A stretch of 64,000 nt of DNA from Polyangiales bacterium (GTDB taxonomy: Bacteria > Myxococcota_A > Polyangia > Polyangiales > Polyangiaceae). The notes under the pieces are model-generated. The model was not told the origin of the DNA. It searched no databases and saw nothing but the letters and a program-made list of their open reading frames with translations. The stretch lies in assembly GCA_038231275.1 (NCBI GenBank), contig JBBRLQ010000009.1:186199-250198 (forward strand). The letters run 5' to 3'. Position numbers and translations under genes: made by a program. Shown piece after piece: positions 58,261-64,000 of this stretch (positions within the stretch are counted from its first letter, which is position 1; each line of letters starts with the position of its first letter).

Positions 58261-58563
58261 TTACTCCGTCGCGGCGTCGGCGGAGCCGGACGAGGAGCTC
58301 GACGAGCTCGACGAGCTCGACGAGGAGGAGCTCGAGGACGAGCTGGACGACACCTTAGCGAGATCTGCGTGGCAGTTGGCGTAGTCGCTCGACGTGGCCG
58401 GCGTCGGGCAGCAGTAGAGCTTCGGCCTTCCCGAAATCGCCTGACACGACAGGTTCGAGTGACAGTCCGAGTCCCTATTGCACTCGTCTCCCTGCGCGCC
58501 GCTGCATGCGGCGACGGTGAGGGCGGCGAAGGCGACGGCGAAACCTGCTTTAAGAAGCGACAT
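58261..58563 (-). CDS. Small Cys-rich lipoprotein with a poly-Ser tail
   Basis: Lipobox VAAC; CNRDSDCHSNLSC..CCP..C; about 20 consecutive Ser. Confidence 0.75.
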   Translation of the reverse strand: MSLLKAGFAVAFAALTVAACSGAQGDECNRDSDCHSNLSCQAISGRPKLYCCPTPATSSDYANCHADLAKVSSSSSSSSSSSSSSSSSSSSSGSADAATE

Positions 58564-58629
58564 TTTCGATCCTCTCGATGTGGTGGCCCCCGAAGGCGCG
58601 AGCAGGGCCGTCTAGATCCGCGGTTTTAC

Positions 58630-59025
58630 TCAGTGTGCAGCGACTTTCAAGTGCTCCGCGTACGCCTTGGCGTCGAGGAGGGCGGCGGCCTCGGCGGGAT
58701 CCGCCGGCGCGATCACGACCATCCACGCCTTGCCGTAGCAGTCTTCGTTCACGAGCTCCGGCTTGCTCTCCAGATCTCCGTTTACTTTCAAGATCTTCCC
58801 GTTGATCGGGGCGAACAGATCGCTTAGCGTTTTCACGCTCTCGATCGTGCCGAAGGTCTTGCCCTTCGTGACCGTATCGCCGGGTTTCACGTCGAGGTTC
58901 ACGAGCGTGATGTCGCCGAGCTGCTCGACCGCAAAGGCGGTGATGCCGACGGTGACCTCCGCTCCAGCAATCTTCGCCCACTCGTGATCGGACGTGTACC
59001 GCAGGTCTTGGGGGATCTCGCTCAT
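58630..59025 (-). CDS. gcvH: Glycine cleavage system H protein
   Basis: YTSDHEW, VGITAFA..LGD, IESVK (lipoyl Lys), PELVNED.YG..W. Confidence 0.97.
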   Translation of the reverse strand: MSEIPQDLRYTSDHEWAKIAGAEVTVGITAFAVEQLGDITLVNLDVKPGDTVTKGKTFGTIESVKTLSDLFAPINGKILKVNGDLESKPELVNEDCYGKAWMVVIAPADPAEAAALLDAKAYAEHLKVAAH

Positions 59026-60134
59026 GTCCTCTGGCTCCGCTTGTAGAAAGGCACGTTGACCGTGACAGCCTCGATGTTCTTCCCCCGACAGTCGACCAAG
59101 AACTTCGTCCCGATGGTCGTCATCGCCGTCGGCAGATAGCCGAGACCGATGCTCTTGCCAACGGTGGGGGCCGGTCCGCCGCTCGTGCAGACGCCGACCT
59201 CACGCCCGTCCATGTCGCGGAGCGGGTAGCCGTGACGGGCGACGCCGCGGCCGGTCATCTCGAAGCCGACGAGCTTGCGCGGCAGCGGCGCAGCTTTGAT
59301 CTTCTGGAGTGCCTCGCGGCCGACGAAGTCCCCCTTGTCGAGCTTCGTCACCCAGCCGAGGCCCGCCTCGAGCGGGTTCGTCGTCTCGTCGATGTCGTTC
59401 CCGTACAAGGAGAGGCGACCCTCGAGGCGAAGCGTGTCGCGCGCGCCGAGGCCGATGGGCTTTAGGCCGTGCTCTTTGCCGACCTCGAGGAGCTGGCGCC
59501 AGAGGCCCGCCGCGTCCTCCTTCTTGCAGAAGATCTCGCAGCCGTCCTCCGCTGTGTAGCCGGTGCGCGCGACTGTGACGTGCGCGTTGCCGACGACCGC
59601 GTCGCGGAAGTGGAAGCTCTTGAGCGAGGAAAGCGCCGCGGCGTCCTTCCCCATCGCGCCGAGGATGGTGAACGCCTTGGGGCCTTGGAGCGCGATGAGG
59701 CCGGTCTCGTCGCTACGGTCCTTGAACTCGCAGTGGTTCTCCGCCGCCTTCGAGAAGACCGCCACGATCTTGTCGCGGTTCGACGCGTTGCACACGACCA
59801 TGATCCGGTCCTGCGACGCGCGGTAGATGATGAGGTCGTCGAGGATCGTCCCCTGCGCGTTGCAGCAGCACGTGTAGAGGGCTTGGCCGTCCGTGAGCTT
59901 CTTCACGTCGTTGGTGACGAGGTAGTCGACGACCGCGAGCGCGTACTCGCCGGTCATCTCGAGGCGGCCCATGTGCGAGACGTCGAAGAGGCCCGCGGCG
60001 GTGCGCACGGCGGTGTGCTCATCGACGATACCCGTGTATTGTACAGGCATCTCCCAGCCGGCGAACGGGACGATGCGACCGCCCAGCCGCACGTGCTCTT
60101 CGAAGATGGGGGTCCTCTTGAGGGTCTCGGTCAT
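59022..60134 (-). CDS. gcvT: Glycine cleavage system aminomethyltransferase T
   Basis: ATG 60134; FAGWEMPVQY, FDVSHMG, LQGP, RTGYT.EDG.E, GLGARDTLRLE. Confidence 0.97.
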   Translation of the reverse strand: MTETLKRTPIFEEHVRLGGRIVPFAGWEMPVQYTGIVDEHTAVRTAAGLFDVSHMGRLEMTGEYALAVVDYLVTNDVKKLTDGQALYTCCCNAQGTILDDLIIYRASQDRIMVVCNASNRDKIVAVFSKAAENHCEFKDRSDETGLIALQGPKAFTILGAMGKDAAALSSLKSFHFRDAVVGNAHVTVARTGYTAEDGCEIFCKKEDAAGLWRQLLEVGKEHGLKPIGLGARDTLRLEGRLSLYGNDIDETTNPLEAGLGWVTKLDKGDFVGREALQKIKAAPLPRKLVGFEMTGRGVARHGYPLRDMDGREVGVCTSGGPAPTVGKSIGLGYLPTAMTTIGTKFLVDCRGKNIEAVTVNVPFYKRSQRT

Positions 60135-60233
60135 GACGGGGCGCAGACTAGCATTACTCTGGCCCCGGCAGTTCGTCCCAACATGCCCGCCGCCGGTTGC
60201 CCGGCGGGGCGGTCGTGGGGCATTCTGGCGTTC

Positions 60234-61070
60234 ATGGCGACCCCCTGGGATCGCGCGGCGGCGGGATACGTCGAGGAATGGGTTCCTCGGTTCGTGCCGT
60301 ACCACCTCGACCTGATCCACGAGCTTGCCCTCTCGCCGGGGAATCGGGTGCTCGTGCCTTCGTGTGGGCCGGGCTCCGAGGTGCTCGCCGCGGCGCGCGC
60401 AGTAGGCGACGCCGGGCTCGTGCGCGCGACCGACAAAAGCGAAGAGATGGTCCGCCTCTGCGGGGATGCCGTGAAGAGCGCGGGGTTCTCGCGGATCGTC
60501 GTGGCGGCCGCGGACGCGTCGGAGGCATCGGGCGGTCCGTGGGACGCGATCGTCTGCGCGTTCGGGCTCTGGCAGTTGGACGATCGCGCGCGGACGCTGC
60601 GGGCGTGGCGTGATGCCCTCGCCGCCACCGGCAAGGTCGGCGTCATCACCTGGGGCCCGCCCGACGAGGGCGATCCGTTCGAGCGGCTCTCGGACATCCT
60701 CGCGGAGCTCGAGCCGGCGCACAAACCGCCGCGCTCCCGGATCGACGCCGAGCGCGATCGCATGACGGCGATGTTCGAGAGCGCGGGCCTCGCGATGGTG
60801 CGCCACACCGTCGTCCGGCACGTCCTGACCTTTCGCACCGCCGAGTCCTTCGTGAAGGCGCTCCGCGAGGCGTGCACCTGGCGCCGCATCTGGGAGGAGC
60901 TCGGCGACGCCCGCCTCGATCGCGTCGCGGCCCGGTTCTACGACACAGTCGGCGGTCCCGATGCGCCCCTCGCCTTTGCGCCGCCGGCCACGCTGGCGAT
61001 CGCCGCCAAGCCGGGGTCCGAGGTCGAGCTGGTGCACCGCCCGAGCGTCCGGGTGCCGCCGGCTCGCTGA
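60234..61070 (+). CDS. Class I SAM-dependent methyltransferase-like protein
   Basis: ATG 60234; RVLVPSCGPG, ATDKSEEM, DAIVCAFGL. Confidence 0.75.
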   Translation: MATPWDRAAAGYVEEWVPRFVPYHLDLIHELALSPGNRVLVPSCGPGSEVLAAARAVGDAGLVRATDKSEEMVRLCGDAVKSAGFSRIVVAAADASEASGGPWDAIVCAFGLWQLDDRARTLRAWRDALAATGKVGVITWGPPDEGDPFERLSDILAELEPAHKPPRSRIDAERDRMTAMFESAGLAMVRHTVVRHVLTFRTAESFVKALREACTWRRIWEELGDARLDRVAARFYDTVGGPDAPLAFAPPATLAIAAKPGSEVELVHRPSVRVPPAR

Positions 61071-61235
61071 GGGGAGCTCCCCGACGACGTCGCTGCGGCT
61101 TTGTGGGACGGGGCGTGACGCCGAGCGGGGCACCAAGGCGCTTCGTCCACCACGACAGTGCCGTCGGGCCCGATCGGAAGCCCATTTCAGGCCTCGGCGC
61201 CCCGGCACGACCCGTGCTCAGCAAGGAGACGCCGC

Positions 61236-62183
61236 ATGCAGACCGCTCCCCTCCAGCAACCACCCTCGCTCGCGCCCGACGGGCTGGAGGCCGGCCGATT
61301 CGTCCGCGAAGCCGTTCGTCACCCGATCCTGGACCGTCTGCTGGTGGCATCACGGGCGGAAGCGTGGTCGCTCGTTGCCTCTTTGCTCGTCGTCACCTTC
61401 GCGCTCGACGTCGCCACGCCCGTCGAGATGTCGTTCTCGCTCCTCTACCTCGTGCCCGTCGCCCTCGCGACGTGGGCGTTAGGGCGCGGCGCGGGCGCGC
61501 TGGTCGCGACGGGCTGCTCGGTGCTGATCTACGCGTGGGAGCGCTTCGGCGCCTTCCCGTACTCGTCGTCGTTCTTCCTCCACTGGGCGTTCTTCGTCCA
61601 TCTCGGCTTCTACCTCGCGTTCGCGTTGGCATTGGGCGCGCTCCGGTCGACGTACCTCCGCACGAAGCTCGACACACTCCGCGACGCCGAAACGGGTCTC
61701 TACAACCGTCGCGCGTTCTACGAAGCCGTCGCCGTCGAGACGCGCCGTGCGTTGCGGTTCAGTCGCTCCCTCAGCCTCGCGACGTTCGATCTCGGTGATG
61801 AAATGCCGACCGCCGAGCTGCATCGCGTGTCCGCTGCGCTCGCGGCGTCGCGCCTCTACGACGTCGCCGCGCGCGTCGATCGCGCGCGCTTCGTGCTCCT
61901 CCTTCCCGAGACCGGCGCCGAGGCCGCGCGCATCGCGGTCGAGAGGGTGCGCCACGAGGCCGGCCTCGACACACGCAAGGACGCCCGCGTCGGCATCGCT
62001 ACGTTCGAGTGGCCGCCTACCTGCGTCGACGATCTGCTCCGCGAAGGCGATCGGGTGATGCAAGCTGTGAGCACGGAACCCGCGCCGTGCTTGCGCCACG
62101 CGGTGCATCGAGGCACGAGCCTCACCCCGGTCCCGAGCGGGCGTCTTTCGCAGAATGGGCGCCTCTCGTCGAAGGCGACGTGA
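61236..62183 (+). CDS. Membrane protein with a degenerate GGDEF domain
   Basis: AAGGAG RBS; about 4 TM ([12 protein letters not shown]); [26 protein letters not shown] in place of RxxDxxxRxGGDEF. Confidence 0.8.
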   Translation: MQTAPLQQPPSLAPDGLEAGRFVREAVRHPILDRLLVASRAEAWSLVASLLVVTFALDVATPVEMSFSLLYLVPVALATWALGRGAGALVATGCSVLIYAWERFGAFPYSSSFFLHWAFFVHLGFYLAFALALGALRSTYLRTKLDTLRDAETGLYNRRAFYEAVAVETRRALRFSRSLSLATFDLGDEMPTAELHRVSAALAASRLYDVAARVDRARFVLLLPETGAEAARIAVERVRHEAGLDTRKDARVGIATFEWPPTCVDDLLREGDRVMQAVSTEPAPCLRHAVHRGTSLTPVPSGRLSQNGRLSSKAT

Positions 62184-62193
62184 CCGCCGCGGG

Positions 62194-63120
62194 CTACTGC
62201 GATTGCTTTACGGGGACCGGGCCGACCGCGCGCGGCACTTCCTTCGCTTGGGGATACACGGCGCCCGCGTAGACCCTCATCACGTCGACGGCGCCGGCTT
62301 CCCACCCGCGAAAGGTGTCGCGTGGCCCTCCCATGAGGACACGGTTGTCTTGCGCAGGTCCGACCTTCATGGGCCCGTGCGTCGGCGCGGTGCCGGCGAT
62401 CTTGCCGTCGATCACGATCGAGACCTTCCCCGCCGGCTTGTCGAAGACGACCGACACGTCGTGCCACACGTTGCTCGTGAGCGGCACCGCGTAGACGACG
62501 GCGTTGTCTGTGGGCGCAGCGTCGGCCGGAGGCGTGACGTAGTAAAAGATCGAGACGCTCCCGGAGCCGCTCGCGTCGGGCGGGCACGCCTTCACCGAGA
62601 TGACCTGGTAGTCCTGGTACGCGTGGACACCCGTAGCCCACGAGCCGTGGTTCTTGTACTGATTCGAGAACGCGGTCCCCGTCTCACAGCCGTACACGCC
62701 GCCTGTTGGGCTGCTGGTCTTCGGGAAGACGGTGAAGGACACCGTCATCTGCTCGTAGACTACGAACGGGTTCGGCTGGGTCATGAAGGCGAGGCCGCGG
62801 ATCGCGCCCGGCGTCTTTCCGTTCTTGCCGGCCTCGTAGAAGATCTCCTGCCCCATATTCAGGTCGTTCATCATTTGGAGGATGACGCCGTGGCCTCGGT
62901 CATCGGTCAGGTCGCCGTTGAAGCCGTAGGACGCGAGCAGCGTGGGGGGAGCGGCGCCAGACGAGGAACCTCCCGCTTGCCCGGCGTCGTGTGCGGGGGT
63001 CGGAATCGGAGGCGGACCGCCGGCCGGACCGGTGGCGCTGGCGCTTCGCTGCGCCAAGACGGCGAGCCCGAGCATCGCAAGGCAACACGCCACTCTCGTC
63101 ACTCCGCGTCCCATGGGCAT
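62194..63120 (-). CDS. Secreted LamG/concanavalin-like domain protein
   Basis: GGAGG RBS; signal peptide; [34 protein letters not shown]. Confidence 0.7.
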   Translation of the reverse strand: MPMGRGVTRVACCLAMLGLAVLAQRSASATGPAGGPPPIPTPAHDAGQAGGSSSGAAPPTLLASYGFNGDLTDDRGHGVILQMMNDLNMGQEIFYEAGKNGKTPGAIRGLAFMTQPNPFVVYEQMTVSFTVFPKTSSPTGGVYGCETGTAFSNQYKNHGSWATGVHAYQDYQVISVKACPPDASGSGSVSIFYYVTPPADAAPTDNAVVYAVPLTSNVWHDVSVVFDKPAGKVSIVIDGKIAGTAPTHGPMKVGPAQDNRVLMGGPRDTFRGWEAGAVDVMRVYAGAVYPQAKEVPRAVGPVPVKQSQ

Positions 63121-63248
63121 GCTCCTCCAGCGCTGTTCGACGCTCCCAGGCTGCCGCCCATTCATTCCGAAGGCAAGGCGCGAGGCCGCGCCAAATTCGG
63201 CTTCCGTGTCGCGCGTTTTCCACTGGCCCGCCGCGCTCCACCGCGCTA

Positions 63249-63276
63249 TTGCGCTGCCACTTCAGAGAGCTACTAT
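63249..63276 (+). promoter_or_regulatory. Possible sigma70 promoter of metK
   Basis: TTGCGC-16 nt-TACTAT. Confidence 0.4.
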
Positions 63277-63330
63277 GCCGGCCCCCACGCGCTACCCCAA
63301 TGCGCGCGGACCAAGAGGAGCAACGCGCAC

Positions 63331-64000
63331 ATGTCCCGTTACCAATTCACGTCCGAGTCCGTCACCGAAGGCCACCCGGACAAAGTCTGCGACCAGATCT
63401 CCGACGCGATCCTCGACGCGATCCTTGCGCAGGACCCGGCCGCGCGCGTCGCGTGCGAGTCGCTCGCGAAGACCGGCATGGTCGTCGTCGCCGGCGAGAT
63501 CACCACGAAGGCGTGGGTCGACATGCCCACCATCGTGCGCCAGACGGTGCGCGAGATCGGCTACACCGGCTCGGAGATGGGCTTCGACGCGAACACCTGC
63601 GCGGTGCTCACGGCGATCGAGAAGCAGAGCCCGGACATCTCGCAGGGCGTGACCGAGGGCGAAGGCCTCCACAAGGAGCAGGGCGCCGGCGATCAGGGCC
63701 TCATGTTCGGCTACGCGTGCGACGAGACGCCGAACCTCATGCCCGCGCCGATCGACTTCGCGCACCAGCTCGCGCGCCAGCTCGCCGCCATCCGCAAGGC
63801 CGGCAAGGTCGACTTCCTCCGCCCCGACGGCAAGACCCAGGTGACCCTCGAGTACGAGGGCGACGTGCCGGTGCGCGTCGATGCGATCGTCATCTCGACG
63901 CAGCACGCCGAAGAACTGAAGAACAAGCAGATCGAAGAGATCTGCCACGAGCTGGTGATCAAGAAGGTCATCCCGTCGCGGCTCATCGACAAGCAGACCA
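63331..64000 (+). CDS. metK: S-adenosylmethionine synthetase (5' part; runs off the window; absent from the ORF track)
   Basis: [53 protein letters not shown]. Confidence 0.97.
   Translation, partial: MSRYQFTSESVTEGHPDKVCDQISDAILDAILAQDPAARVACESLAKTGMVVVAGEITTKAWVDMPTIVRQTVREIGYTGSEMGFDANTCAVLTAIEKQSPDISQGVTEGEGLHKEQGAGDQGLMFGYACDETPNLMPAPIDFAHQLARQLAAIRKAGKVDFLRPDGKTQVTLEYEGDVPVRVDAIVISTQHAEELKNKQIEEICHELVIKKVIPSRLIDKQT

Noticed and set aside
60135-60233. Glycine riboswitch upstream of gcvT
   Set aside because: Only 99 bp, shared with a divergent gene, and no glycine aptamer motifs were recognised.
63166-63330. SAM riboswitch upstream of metK
   Set aside because: No SAM-I core motifs recognised and the likely promoter leaves only about 50 nt of leader; an Rfam search would be decisive.

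Overview
A very GC-rich bacterial chromosomal window with a typical myxobacterial gene content, most like the Polyangiaceae (Sorangium/Labilithrix-type); the taxonomy is inferred from gene content only. Housekeeping genes: uvrA, mutS, rsmA, dksA, gcvT-gcvH-gcvPA and the 5' part of metK. It also holds a complete type IV minor-pilin/adhesin cluster (fimU-pilV-pilW-pilX-pilY1 plus two downstream lipoproteins) behind a sigma54-like promoter, a DUF4350-MoxR-DUF58 cluster interrupted by csbD, many unknown lipoproteins, and dense signalling (FHA-sigma54 activator, two Ser/Thr kinases, FHA-GGDEF, degenerate GGDEF). I saw no tRNA, rRNA, CRISPR array, transposase or prophage. Best leads: (1) an FHA-GGDEF cyclase with Ala instead of the guanine-selecting Asp, the position altered in cGAMP-making Hypr GGDEFs, close to a Ser/Thr kinase; (2) a soluble kinase-macrodomain fusion sitting where gcvPB normally lies; (3) a 57-aa ORF missing from the ORF track, with its own promoter, palindromic operator, structured leader and an Hda-like QLELPL motif; (4) a beta-propeller/di-heme lipoprotein coupled to a Met-rich secreted partner; (5) an RNase HII-like protein with an altered active site. 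All family assignments come from motif recognition by eye; no database searches were run.
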